DNA of 64,000 nt from Blastocystis sp. Blastoise (lineage: Eukaryota > Protista > Bigyra: Opalinata): contig JBBPEB010000033.1 of assembly GCA_039096225.1 (NCBI GenBank), forward strand, positions 682,001 through 746,000, read 5' to 3'. Below are positions 18,743 to 57,973 of the stretch, piece by piece. The position numbers were made by a program, and so were the translations under genes. Below the pieces are notes generated by a model. That model worked only from the letters and a program-made list of their open reading frames with translations, had not been told where the DNA came from and searched no databases. The first letter of the stretch is position 1. Each line of letters begins with the position of its first letter.

Positions 18743-19523
18743 ATTTATTTATAATATGTAATTATTTACAAAAATGAATATATACAAAGAATTATACTTA
18801 TATTATAGACTCTAGTGATAAAAAAAAATTCTTCTTTGCTTTTATATAAATATTTTTATAAATTATTCTTAGACAATTTATTCTCTTATTATATTCATTC
18901 TATATATAAAAATTTAGAAAAGCTTTTATTATATTTATATTTTTTCAAATTCTATATTATTTCTCATTTCTGTCTAAATCTCCGGTTTGGAGATTATTTC
19001 TATTCTTTTTTATTAATAACTATTTCATTTATCTTTGCGTTAATTATAAAATCATGTTTGTATTTCGTTTCATTTGATCATTTTTGTTTTTTTAATATCT
19101 TCTAAAGAAACACGTAGGGTTTATATATTTTTATAATTATAAAATACATAAAACAAGCCATAAAAATATACAATAAAGCCATTTCCAATTGAAAAATCAA
19201 CATTAATCACAAAAATAGCATGAACATGTTTTTATTGCTAACCTTCTATCTCATTTCTTATGAAGCATAGCATAATACATATATGTACATTTTAATTTAA
19301 ATGATTTACGATGGAAAAAAGAAATTTATCACATGATTCATTATATAAACGCATTATTATTATGTACACTCATTACAAAATATCTCTATACTATAAATCA
19401 ATATTTTCTACAAAAATAAAAAAAGAAAAGTTGATGGAAATGACGAATACTAATTATTAAAAGAATTTAATTTCTCGGAATTCTCGAAAAGTTCCACAAA
19501 TGCTCCATATTTATTTATTTGAA

Positions 19524-25033
<5,510 letters not shown>

Positions 25034-25220
25034 TAGTTCTCCACTTAATTGCATTATTAGTTTATTTCTTTTCTTGTATATATGTTTTCATTACAATCCA
25101 AGTAGCATCATGCTCTGCATTCATCATCGTTTTGTTTTCCTATTTATTTTTTTTTAATTTCATCCTCATCTTTATTAAATTGCGAAAAAAAGAAAAATTT
25201 TTTTTTTAATTTTTTTCGTG

Positions 25221-26120
25221 ATGAGAAAGTGGCAATTAGAAGAGAGTTTACAGTCAGTTGAGGTTTTTCGTGAACCAAACTATATGCTTGAACAATATCC
25301 TACATCAGCACATCTTGCTTCATGCATCTTACATACAGCAAGTAATAATGGTGATATAGAAGGTAAGTGTGTTGCAGATATAGGCTGCGGCACATCCATG
25401 CTCTCTATTGCTGCAGCATTAAGTGGAAGTTCGTATGTTGTATTAGCAATTCATTTCTCATATATAGTTATACGGTTGGATTTGATATCGATCTTAATGC
25501 TATTAATGTAGCTAGAGAAAATGCTAAATCTCATGAAGTAAATATAGATTATGTTCATGTCAATGTTAACGATTTGGCTAATGAGACTTATTGCAAACGT
25601 GAATTCTTTGATACTGTTATCATGAATCCTCCGTTTGGAACAAGAAATAAGGGAATTGATGTGACTTTCTTAAGGGCAGCTCTTAATATATCCAATCATG
25701 CTGTTTATTCACTTCATAAAACATCAACAAGAGACGTATATATATTCTCCATTCATTATTGTTATCCTATATATAAAAGAATTGATTAAAATAGATTTTT
25801 TTTAAAAACAATATATATATGTTATATATATATAGTTCCTTGTTAAAAAAATAAATGATTGGGGATATAATGTAACAGTTGTTGCTCAATTAGTTTTTGA
25901 TATTCCTGCTATGTATAAATTTCATACAAAACAATCTGCAGATATAGAAGTAGATTTATTATATATTGAAAAAGGAGTACCTATAACAAAGCAGGTATTT
26001 AAATTAGAAAGAAAAGATAAAGAATCAAAGAAAGAAGGCAGAGATTCAAATAAAAATATAAAGGATTCTGGTCGAAATGGAAAACGAAAACCAACATCAA
26101 CAAAACAAGGAAGAAGATAA
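25221..26120 (+). CDS. METTL5: 18S rRNA m6A methyltransferase METTL5, 2 introns
   Basis: LEQYPTSAHLA, ADIGCGT (SAM motif I), NPPFGT, VYSLHKTSTR, MYKFH..DIEVDL. Confidence 0.93.
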
Positions 26121-26281
26121 AAAAAAATATGAAAATAAAACAATTGTTTATATTCAATCGTTTTTTAAAAATCAAATTGTTAAACTATTTTATAAAAATT
26201 ATTATATGCTTCATAAGAATACTAACAACGATCCCATTAAAAAAGGAATTGTTTTGCATAATTTATTTGGTTTTGAAATAA

Positions 26282-26610
26282 TTAACCTCCATGAAGGGTA
26301 GATAAGAAAAGGATATTATCACCATCAGATAATTCTGTGTTTTCTTGTTCAAGAACTTCCCAATCATAATTATTTATAAGTACAAGAATACCTGAACGCA
26401 ATTTGTCTCCATCTAAAAATAATTCTTGTCTTTCACTTAATTCTTTATCTTTGAGATAAACAATAAGATCTTGAACCGTTTTTCCTTCAAAAGTAACATC
26501 GATATGTTTCTGACCATGGAATAGAATATCCATTCCACCTCTATGTTAATAAAATCATTTAACAGATACTGACTATATACATACGCAAAATCAACAGCAA
26601 CCTTAGGCAT
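26282..26610 (-). CDS. URM1: Ubiquitin-related modifier 1, 1 intron
   Basis: MPKVAVDFAGGMDILF..GILVLINNYDWE..FLSTLHGG*. Confidence 0.95.
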
Positions 26611-27005
26611 TTATTGATAAGTTATTTGTAAAAAATATTTATTCATGTTATATTCTTGTTATTTGGTTTTATTTTTATATAATTTCGTATTTATTTTCAT
26701 TCTTCAATTAAACCACAAAAAAAAATGATAAATTTATCATTAGAATAAACAGTATAACTGTAGATGATGATATGTACATGCATAGATACTATGTCTTATA
26801 AATAATAACTAGCAAGACTTATACATGTGGCAATTGAGATTCGAAGTTGATATTGGTTGATAATAAAAGCAATTACATTAACAGTAATCTCATAGAATAC
26901 TAAAAACATTTTCAATATTTATATAGATTAAAAATCCAAATAAATTATAAAAACATAGGATATATTTAATGAAAATATATAAAAAGAGAAGTAAATAAAA
27001 GTGAA

Positions 27006-28218
27006 TTACATGAAATCATCTTCAAAATTACGAGCTGCGGAAACATCATAAGATCCTTCGACTTCAGATGTAAATGTCTTTAAATCATCATTTTCAAATA
27101 AACGACTAAAAAAGAATATATGTAAATATATATAAATATATTATAAAATAAATATAAATATAATAATATATAATAATATATAATAATATATAATAATATA
27201 TATACTCATAACTTTGTTCATATTCTTTAGCTCTTTTTTCTTCATTTTCTTTTCTTTCTTGTATCTTTCTTTCTTTTAATTCCTTCTATATATTAAATTA
27301 TATATATTATTAAATATATTATTATTCATTTATATATATTATTCAATATATTCTATATATGTAAAAAATAATAATAATAAAATGATATTTTCAATATAAC
27401 TAATATATTCTCCAGATATAATATAAATAAATAAATATATATATATATATATATATATACCTTCTTTCTAAGCATTTCTTCATGATCTCTTTGTTGTTTT
27501 TCTGCTTTAAGATCGACACTACGTTCTTCTTTAGTCTTTAATATACGATTAGCTACTACACGGTCACGACCTAAATGAAATACATGTTTCACCTATAGTC
27601 ATATAGAATATACACATAATATACATTCATTATATAGATTATTTAATATATAATTATATAATATTATTAGAATATAAATTCAAAAAAAAAATATATATAT
27701 ATAATTATAAATAAAATATACTTTTTTATTATCATGAAAACCAATTTGACCTGTAGCCATATCAGGACGTTTATTTAAATTATCCCAAGGAGTATAAACC
27801 TATTCAAATATTTACATTATAAATATTTATTTAAAAAATAATAATAATATATAAAAAAATATACAATAGTAACTTGAGATGCTTTACATCCTTCAATAGA
27901 GTTAGCCTAAATATTATAGAATAAAAAAAATGAAGAATGAAATATAAATATTCTTACTTTAACAAGTTGGCAACAATCATCAATTAATTCTTGAGGCATA
28001 TTATCAATAGTTTCTCCATTATTAAGACGCGTATAAACGTGAGCCGAAGAAAATTCATCAACATGAAACCAGACATCTTCAGGCCAACCATAGGCAATAA
28101 GATCTTCATTCTCATACTTATCTCTACCCATATAAACTAAATGGCCAGCTATATATACATCAGACCCATAAATATATGTAACACTTAACATACTTCTAGA
28201 TTTAAAAAAGAAAACCAT
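27006..28218 (-). CDS. CCDC25: CCDC25 (NFACT-R domain protein), 6 introns
   Basis: [45 protein letters not shown]-terminal FEDDFM*. Confidence 0.93.
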
Positions 28219-28507
28219 GACTTTTGAAAAATTAGAAGAATGAACGTTAAAAAAGGAATTATAAAATAATTAATAAACCACATGAATAAAGTATCATTAT
28301 TATTAGCGGAAAAGACCGATGCATTTTACGATTATTGAACAAAAATGGGGGAAAACCAAAACTAGTTTAAAGTCTTCAAAAATAAATATCTATTTTTTCT
28401 ATAGCTACAGGTGAATATACGAAATATACAACAAATTATAATTACTATATCAATTAAACATCAATTAAGCAAAACCTCAAGTAGTAGTATCCAATCATAA
28501 AGAAGAA

Positions 28508-32291
<3,784 letters not shown>

Positions 32292-33200
32292 TTTAATTAT
32301 ATATATATATATATATATAGAATCTTCTTTTTTTTATTCATTTTATTATGTTTTCTATTGGGGTTATTTTTATATATTTCTTATTATTCGTCATTTAAAG
32401 TTGTTTTTTCTAAATTCATATATTATTCTACATAAATTATATTTATTGAATTGAAATAGTTACTACTAAAAGTAGTAGAGAAAATCAGTAACAAACATAA
32501 TATATAAATTTATTATTTAAATAACCTATCTAAAATATATTCATAAAAAAGAATTATCACGATCGTATTATATTTCTAATGATCATGTTTATTTATGAAA
32601 GTTTTTAATATAATATATACTATAAATACTGTGTATTAAAAGCAGAATAAGATTCAAAGAAATCATAATATATAGTATTCACACCTATTTTCAATAAGCA
32701 TAAGTCGCCAACTTTTTAATATTTCAATATATGGTATTTATTTCATTTAATTCCACTAGTTTCCATAAAGAACCTTCTGATTCTATGCGAATGAATCAAT
32801 CAAACATTAAATAAAAGTTAAAAAATAATAAATTCAATAATATGAATGAAGAACTTATTTAATCGTATCTAGAGTTGTTAATATATATTCTTCAACTTTA
32901 TCTCAAATGTTAGATGATAACATTTATAAAATATATGAGAACTGCATACGATTGATCAGCCAAGTTAATTTCTATAATAGCTCAAAATTGTTCTAATGGT
33001 AGATATATAAACAAGAAATACAAATTCATTTAAAAAATATAAATTCTATATTTACGATGAACAGAAAAGAACAAAAAAAATTTGATTTCAAATTATTATT
33101 GTATCCTTTCATCTTTCTATTTCTTATATAAAAAGAGACATTTTTTTCAGTGTTGATTATAATTATACATTCTTCTCATTATTAATTATATATACTCATC

Positions 33201-40580
<7,380 letters not shown>

Positions 40581-41255
40581 TATATATATTCATTTATATA
40601 TATTTTTATATGTAGTATAAATTTATTATTCTTTTACGCTCAAACTCTTTTTGCTATTATTATGTTTTTTTTTCTCATTTTTTTGCATCTACTATAATTT
40701 CTCTTCTTTCTTCTAGTCATATAGAGTTTTAATTCTCTTGTGTCACGTTGCGTTTCTTTTTCATAAATCTTTTTATAGTATTATTATTATTATTTTATTT
40801 TTATTATCATGCTTCTCTCTTTCTTTATAAATTTTTAATTTTATATATTCAACTTCATCTCACTGTTGGTTATTAAATCATATTAAGTATTATGTTAAAT
40901 TCATCAATTTATTCGCAAAGTTTTGTAAATAATCTATATGATTTTTCATTTTAGACAACTATTTCACTCTGATCATTATATCTTGAATATCATTCAGACA
41001 TATGTTTCGTTAAACAGTAAAAAGAAGAGCAAATTGGTTCTAGAAATACAATGAGGTAATAACGAGATTTTTTGAGATTGTGTCCAACTATAATTATTGG
41101 ATGAAGTTGATTGAACCAGAATTATGAATATATGATTGGTTTAATTGAGATTCGTTCTCCTATCACTGATCTCATAAAAAAAAATCTCACAAAAACACAA
41201 TGATCTCTCTCCTAAGAATCAGAATTAGATTTATTTTGTTTATTAATAAAGAGAA

Positions 41256-44200
41256 ATGAAGTTCTTTTTATTGTCTGTACTGTTTTTTATTGCTCTATGT
41301 GCTGCAAAAACTAATGAAAAACAAACTTATCTTGCTGAAGTACTTTTTGTTCATGATTTCTTATAGACTATTTCTCTAGCGTGCAAGAAGTCATGAAAAT
41401 GTAACCAATATGGTTCCCTTCGATGAAGATGTTAATGTTTTCCTTATTCCTCATACTCATGATGACCCAGGTTGGCTTGTTACTAGCGATCAATATTATG
41501 TTAAAGTATATATTTTTTTGATATATTTTTCTTGTTTTATTTACGAATCATTAATATATATTTCTGTAGCAAGTCCGATACATTCTTGATTCTGTCGTTG
41601 CTGCTTTACAAGCTAACAAAAAGAGAAAGTTTACGTATTTGAGAACATTATTTAACATTGTTTTATCAATATAGATATGTTGAACAATCATTCTTCCAAA
41701 GATGGTGGAATGAACAAAATGACAAGCAAAAAGAAATTGTTCGTCAACTTGTTCATGAAGGCCGTGTATATAATTATTTTATTATTATTTTATTTATTAT
41801 TATTTTATTTAATTTATATATATAACAAAAACTTGTTTATTCTTAATGAATCAATAAAATGTAAATAATATATAATATATATATAGTTAGAAATGAATTT
41901 AGGTGGTTGGTGTATGACTGATGAAGCAGGTGCTCATTATGAAGATATTATTAATGAAATGACATTAGGTCATAAATTTATTTTTGATCAATTAGGTATA
42001 CGTCCTACAGTAGCTTGGCATATTGATCCTTTTGGTCATTCTAGTCAAGTAATGTCTTTATATGCTTCAATGGGATTTGATACATTTACATTAGATAGAA
42101 TCCATTATGATGATATGGCTTATAGAAAAAATAACCAAAAAATGGAATTTGTGGAAAGAGGTTCAAAATCATTAGGTGAAGAAAGTGATATATTTGTTCA
42201 TGTTTTAGATAATGGTTATGCTGCTCCTGCTGAATGTAATTTCTTTGCTACTGATGCTGGTCAATGTTATTATTGGACAAAAGATGAAGATTGGGCTCAG
42301 TGGAATAGTGAATTACCTACGTATGTTTATATAGGTTTATTTATATATTTATTATATTAATTATTCTTGTTTAGTGATTATTATTTATTATTGATTATAT
42401 TAATTATTTTATTATTATTTTACTATTATTTTATTATGCTTAAACTAACCAATATTTCAACCCATATATACATTTATATATAATATTAACAAAATATATA
42501 TATAACATATATATATATATAGTTATGAGAATAATATGGAATATCATGCTAAGAGATTTGTAGAGATGGTCCGTAAGCGAGCTACTTGGTATGATAATGG
42601 TAATAATATATTAATGACCTATGGTGAAGATTTTACATTCCATAATGCTTTTATTCCTTTTGCTAATATGGATAAATTTATGGAATATATTAATGATAGA
42701 TATGATCAATATCATATTAAATTTCAATATGCTGTTTTATCTGATTATGTGAAAGCTGTAAATACTCATAAGAAAGAATGGGATGTTAAGAAAGATGATT
42801 TCTTCCCTTATGCCAATAAACCTTCTGGTTTCTGGACTGGCTATTATACTTCTAGAGATAGACTGAAAGGACTTATTCGGTATATATATATTGTTTTATT
42901 ATTATTTATAATATATTCTTATGATTTGTTTAGTTATTATTTATTATATATTCTTTATTTTTTCATTTATTTATTTATTATATATTATTATTTGCTTATA
43001 TATCATTTTTCTATTAATAAAATATAAATTTAATATTATATAGTGAAAAGATGAATGAATTATCAAATGCTGAAATGTACTTAGCTCTTTCTAAAGCTGA
43101 AAAGAAATCACTTAATTTTGCTGAATTATATTCAGATATTATGACTTTAAGAAAAGCTCAAGGAGAAGCCCAACATCATGATGCTATTACTGGTATTTTA
43201 TTTATTTATTTTTTTTTTTTTTTATTATTATTATTATTTATTATTTATTTATTTATCATTATTACTATTTAACTTTATCTACTTTATTATTAATATTTAT
43301 TTATTTATTTCTCATTATTTTCTATACTATATATTATTATTATTATTATTATATAGGTACTGAAAAACAAGCTGTAGCTAATGATTATAATGTTCAATTA
43401 GTGAATGGTGCTTATTATGCAAATAAAGCTGCTTCTACAGTATTAGACATATATACTACATTAGAGAATATTAATAAGAATAGTACTGAAGTTTTCCCTT
43501 TATTAACTGAAGAGAATCGTATTGCTGTAGTATTATCAAATAGTATTGCTTGGAATAGAAAAGAAATAATTCAATTAATTTCTCCTCGTAGTGATGTAGG
43601 TATATATGATAAAGAAGGAAAACCATTTGAAGTTCAAATTAATGAAATTCCAGAATTCTCTTATGATCGTCGTAATGGTACTTATTATGTATATTTCCCC
43701 GTGGAAATACCTGCTATGGGATATACTATTGTATATATTAAAGTTAATAAAGATGCTATTGTGACTAAACCTATTGAAGATACTTTTATTGGTAATAATA
43801 AGATGAAGTTAAATACTGAAAATGGTATATATAGTATTATTAATTATATATGAATAAAATAATTTGTTTTATATTTTTAGTATTATATATACTATTTATA
43901 TAGGTTATATAAAGGAAATCACTTTATCTACTGGTGAATCTCTTCCTCTTAATGCTAATTATTATGAATATTCTGGTAATAATGGTTCTCCTCAAAATTC
44001 TGGTGCTTATGCTTTTGTTCCTAGTTATAATCATAATATGAATATAGGTTCTACTAATGATAATAAAATAATAAAAACACTTTCTGTAAGTAGAAAAGAA
44101 GGACGTAATCTTGGTTATTTCTTACAAGTTATTTCTAGTGAGAATTATGATGATGTTCTTCAAAATACTATTAGTGAGGTTAATGAAGATAATATTAAAT

Positions 44201-45831
44201 TTATGGCTCAACGATTTGATAAGAAAGAAGGATGGGGTCAACTTCCTAGTATTAATAGTATATCTATTGATTTAGATGAAAAAGTAGAAAATACTATTCG
44301 TCAACAAATTGTAATTAAGAAATCAGATTCTATTACTCAAACAGTTACTATTGAATTCCCTTATGCTTTACCTGAAAATACTAAAGTATATATGTTTACT
44401 TCTATTGTTAGTCATAATGAAGATGTATATACTTGTGTTATAAAAGAAATATGTAATAAATATGCTATTGTTATGATTAGTACTACTAGTGAAGAAGGTT
44501 GGAAAAATGATATTACTCTTAATTATCTTGCTTTTACTGAAGGTTCTCAACCATTTGATTCTCTTCATGTTGAATATGGTTCTATTGAAGGAAAGACTGG
44601 AGATAATGGTATAGCTGTTATTGATGCTAAGATTGATACCAATGATATTAATACATTTATTATTACTCAAATAACTAGTACTACTGAATTACTTGGTACA
44701 AGTATTCGTCATTTTTCAGATAAAAAGTATTCTATTAATGCTTGTACTCCTTCTTTAACTAAAGATGTTCCTCTTATTATGTCTTATATTGTTATTTCTA
44801 CTAAAGTAATTGGTGAATATGTTATTCCTGAAACATCTTCTGTAAATATTAAAGTAATTAAAGGTAATCTTGTAGAAGAAATTCAACAAACTTATATTGA
44901 TGGTTATTCTACTATTTATAGAGTTTATAAAGAAGGTATTCAAGAAGATGCTGTAGAAATTATTACTGAATTAAATGGATTACATGATGGTAAAGAACTA
45001 GTTCTTCAATTTAATACTAATCTTCATAATGAAAAGACTCTTTATGCTGATACTATTGGTATGGAACAACAAAAACGTGTTTATAATCCTGAATTTACTC
45101 AACCTATTTCTGGTAATTTCTATCCTGTTGTTTCTCGTGTTTATATTGAAGATGAAAAAGAAGATAGCCGTTTAACTGTATTAGTCGATAGAGCTCATGG
45201 TGTATCTTCTCAAGAAGAAGGAAGAATGGAAATTATGATAAAACGTAAGACTTTAGGTGATGATGGTTATGGTGTTGGTGAAGCTCTTAAAGAAAATGAT
45301 CAAGTTAAAGGTAGAATGTGGATGATTTTTGGTAAAAAAGAAATATCTTCTTTAATATATAAACAATTAGATTTATATTTAGCTCATCCTATACTTCCTT
45401 TCTATTCTTCTATAAATAATGAACAAGTTGAATCTGTTAATAATCAATATTCTTTTGTTCAATCTGAATTACCTAAGAATATTCAATTATTAAATTTCCA
45501 ATTAGCTGGATTAGATGATAAGACTTATATTTTAAGATTCCATCATATTTATGAAAAGAATGAATCTGAATTAGCTATTCCTGTAGAAATTGATTTATCT
45601 AAACTTTTTAAAGGTTTTGAAATTGTTGATTATGAAGAAATGATCTTAACTGGTATGTTTAATAAAGAACAAGTAGAAAAAGAACGTTTACATTGGGATA
45701 CTAATGAACATGAAATAACTGATTCTTCTTCTATTTCTACTACTCAAAAATCTATTATTCGTGGTTGTAAATCGACTATAATCACTCTTAAACCTATGGA
45801 ATTCAAGACTTTTACTGTTCATACTGCCTAA
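41256..45831 (+). CDS. Secreted/lysosomal alpha-mannosidase, GH38, 8 introns
   Basis: Signal peptide; HTHDDPGW, GGWCMTDEA, WHIDPFGHS (nucleophile), WTGYYTSR, QHHDAITGT, GNFYPV, DRAHG. Confidence 0.93.
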
Positions 45832-46059
45832 ATATGATTCATATAAATAATGTAATTATAAGTATTCTTGATTACATTAATACATAAAGTTTTATTGTTT
45901 AACAATGTGTTTTGTTTTTAATATTATTATTTTACTAATATTTTTTTTTTAACTTTTACAAAGATAATTTTTTATAATTTTATTGTTAATCATAAACAAC
46001 TAAACACAGCATATATATATATACTAATATATTATATACTGTAAAAAATAATAAATATT

Positions 46060-47022
46060 TTAAATCATCATAAATACAAATAATCCAGCAATAATAAAAG
46101 ATACAAAAGTAATAGAAGAAGAAAGAGCTCCATCTCTTGATTCATTAGATTTCCAAATAAGATCAGCACATAATAATCTTCCCTTATCAGTCTCATCTCC
46201 AACACTATGAATGACTAAAGATCTATATATATATAATATATTATTATTAATATTATTATAAATATATAAAAAAATAAAAATAACTTAGATTTATATATTA
46301 CCTCATAGTAGTTGAAGTAGGCCAATCTCTATTAATAACAAAAGAAATTCTACCTGTTTCATCTGTTTTTGCTTCACCCCAAATTTCATTTTCAGGTATA
46401 TCACAATCTTGAGAAGGATCATTCTGATAATAGTAGCCTATTATATATATATATATATATTAATATTAATATGGTAAAAAAAATAAAAATCTATTGATGA
46501 AAAATGTATATATATATATATTAATACAGTAAAAAAAAATATTTATGAAAATGTATAATTATATATATATATACCTCCTTGATTCGGTATACATGTATCA
46601 ATATGTCCTCTTAATAATAAAGAAGTATTTTCTAAAGGCTATATAAAATAAGAATGAAACTAATTTATAAAGTATATATACAACTAAATTAGGTAATGTT
46701 TCTGCTGTACCTGCATTAGCATCTTCAACAATAAAAAGATCTAAACCAAGATGGGTTGTCGATCTACATATATATTGTTATGAATCATTTATTAAGTAAT
46801 TTATCTTTGAATATATACTGTGTCACATCAAGTGTGAAGTTTCCATAAGCAGTATTCACAGCAATCTCAGTAGTAAATGGAATCCAATATGCTTCTTTTA
46901 TAGAAGCAGTACGAATAATTTCTACATAAATGATATTTTGAGATCATGTATATAATTTTAAAAATACTTGCGTCTTCAGAAATGGCAACGAGAACAAAAA
47001 GACAAAAAACAATCCACTTCAT
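46060..47022 (-). CDS. Secreted, probably GPI-anchored Cu-SOD-fold protein with degenerate metal ligands, 5 introns (absent from the ORF track)
   Basis: Spliced: MKWIVFCLFVLVAIS..LRGHIDTCIPNQGGYYYQ..PENEIWGEAKTDETG..RSLVIH..GRLLCADL..hydrophobic C-terminus; all junctions GT-AG and in frame. Confidence 0.75.
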
Positions 47023-47862
47023 TGAAACAATATTTCTATAATCAAATATTTATTGATCAACAAACAATATATACTCAACAATTAAAACAGTTAAAATGAA
47101 AAATTATTTATTTTTGAATTGAATAACGAAAAGAAAACGAAGGAAATGATATGAAGAATTGTGTTTTTTCGGATTTTTATTGGATTATGATACTTAGGAT
47201 CAAGTAGAAGTGATATAATAGAATTCATCACATAGAATTTTGAATATAGTATATTGTATGTATCCTTTGGATTGGATATAAATATACATACTCCAAAGGA
47301 ATAAAATGAAACGAAGGAATCAAGTAGCAAAAAGTGAATATCTTATCCTCATTTTCATTAAATACATATTGTTATATTGATTGTTTGCATATTAGTAACA
47401 TAAAAAAAAATAGCTACCGTTATGATCATCAAATCATCCTTATCTTTTCTTTATGTTCTTCATTTACTTGTTTATTTTACATACTTATGTTTCCCTTTTC
47501 AATCATATCATAATTATACCAAGAGAACAACAAAGTCAACGCCAATTTTCATAAGAAATCGTTTCCATATCAAATATATCATTTCACATATTTTCATTAA
47601 ATAAGGAGATGTAAAAAAAAAGAAATGAAGATTATTTGAATACACATTATTGTTTGAAATCTTTTGTGTTGCTTTCGATGAGCCAAATACATGTGCTCAA
47701 AAAGAACTTTAGTATAATACTCAGTTCTATTTCATGATATTAAGTACTATTTGATTCATATATTGTTTTAAAGTACTGGCTTTCTAATCAAAAACTATTT
47801 TTCAGAGAGAAACAGAGATCTTTTCTTTTTTTTTAATTTTTGTATTAACATTTTTTAACAAA

Positions 47863-52391
<4,529 letters not shown>

Positions 52392-54025
52392 TCATTTTTT
52401 TTATATCTACTCAATATTTATATTTTTTTTCTTTCATCATTCACTATTATACTTTATATATACTTTAAAATTAATATAGTATTTGTAAATAGAGTTCCTA
52501 TTCATTATTTGATTCTATATTGGATGTCTTTTCTGTCAATTCAATCTTGTTTTTAATTTCTATAACTAATTATTGCTCTTACAATATATTCCACATGCTT
52601 ATTTATATATGTTGCCATTATAAGCTAATTAAAACAGAAAAAAACTCTTTATTAATAAGTTCTTTTCAAGAATGAACAAATTTTTTGATTTATCGATTAT
52701 AAGAAATTTTCTTATTTTCTCCTTAATATATCAAGAGACGTGTACATGAAACATTAACTTAAATATCACTAATTCGGACTTTTAATAAATACCAAAAAAT
52801 ATAGAGTCAACAACATAATGTTTTTTGTATATTATTATTCATTATCAACTAATGTACATCTAACTGTAGGCATCATTTATGAAAATATTAATGTAAAATG
52901 TTTATGGAAATACATAATTGTGTTATGATGACGAATATTTATTGGCATATGTGCGGTATATCTGTCTAAGATATAATATATGTTTTTTTTTCCGAAAATC
53001 AACATAAAGAATGAAATGATGACTAGCAAAAATGGAGCATAGTATAATTTTTTTTAATAAAACGTGATCTACAAATACTTGTAACTATAAAAAGAAAGTA
53101 ATATATGCATTTCTAAATGATCAGTTCTTTTGACATAAAATGTCCACTTTTTTATTTATTTATATAGTATTTAAATAGAAGAATCAGGAAATACTAAAAA
53201 ATTTTATAAAATTATTTATTGATGATTTTATCATTAGTAAATGGTATATACAACTCTTTTCCATTGAATAAGCAAGTATTTAGAGTAATTTGGGAAAATA
53301 AATTATTTCGATATAGTATTCAGTTGTTTATTTATTTTATACAAATTGAATCAAAAAGTAGTGTGGAAATAAAGAAATCAAAGTAACTTAATAAAATATA
53401 TAAAATACTGATTTTAGAATTAATTGCAATTAAAATTCTTTTTTTTATACTTTGATAATAGTATACACCTAAACTTCATTAGCCTAACTAATAATGTGAT
53501 ATAAATATATAGTTTAAACCTACTCAAAAAGTGTCATTCGTTGATTAAAGCCTATAAAATCTTGAAAACGATGAATATATCATTCTTTTTGTGATGAAAC
53601 TTGATTGTTAGACTAATATCTCTTTACTGAGTTATTTTAAACCATATAAATGAATATCTTTTATACATGACAATTCATTCTAAAGAACCGTTGAATATGT
53701 TAAGAACAATGGAAGTCACCATTCATTTTTGAGCGAATGATTGGCTTATTCCGTTGGATGTTTCCTCTTTTTTGGTGACAAGATCGCTGTGTTTTTTATG
53801 GAAATTTATGGCTTTTGGCTACAGAAACAATCTTGTTACCGAAAAAAGTGGAACCGACTCTTCTTTTAGAAGAACCAATGAAAATCGAGTTTAAGAAAAG
53901 ATTGCTTACAGACTGGTTATTGTCAACAAAATCTCTTTTTGAAAAGACGAAGAGAAAAAGAATAGAATTCTCCATAAAAAATTATTTATTAAAAGTTATT
54001 ACTTAAAGAAAAAAGAAATATTAAA

Positions 54026-57334
<3,309 letters not shown>

Positions 57335-57973
57335 TCAAATATATATATATGTTGCTCTATATTACTGAGGAGCATAATCTATTCATATTTATTTTTATTA
57401 GCTTGCTAATATTCATATATTTAATATATTTTTTTACTTAATCCTTTTTCTTTTTTCTGTCGAATATGATAGTTTTTTTTTGCTAATTATTCATATTCTT
57501 TTTATGTCTCATTGACAGAAAATGTCAAGTCTTTGCTCTGTCATTTGCTCATATTCTGTTGTTACATTCTGGTCTCTCTATACTATTTATTTCTGTTCAT
57601 ATATTTGTTTCTATTCTCGCTGATTAGAAAGTTATTTGTCATATATATGTTTTGTTGTATGTCTATGACTGGTATTGAATTCATCAATAATAGAGAATCA
57701 AAATTATATTTAAAATAATAAGAATAAATCAAAGAGAGCACACTATGGGAAATGTTCTCGTTTTATTTTGTCATATTTTATAGCATTAAATATTCTCCAT
57801 GTACTGGAAAACATAATTATAATAAATAATATGTAAAGAGATTATCACAAAGTAAATAAATACTAGTAATGAATATTGTTTATTGTTAAAGTTTTTAAGC
57901 ATATATAAATTTTTATTTCTAATAGAAGCGTTTTTAATTATATATAAATCAAATATAACAAAAAGGCTAAAAA

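Noticed and set aside
53815-54006. 63-aa ORF upstream of transketolase
   Set aside because: TTG start, no recognisable motif, and it lies in the promoter/5' UTR.
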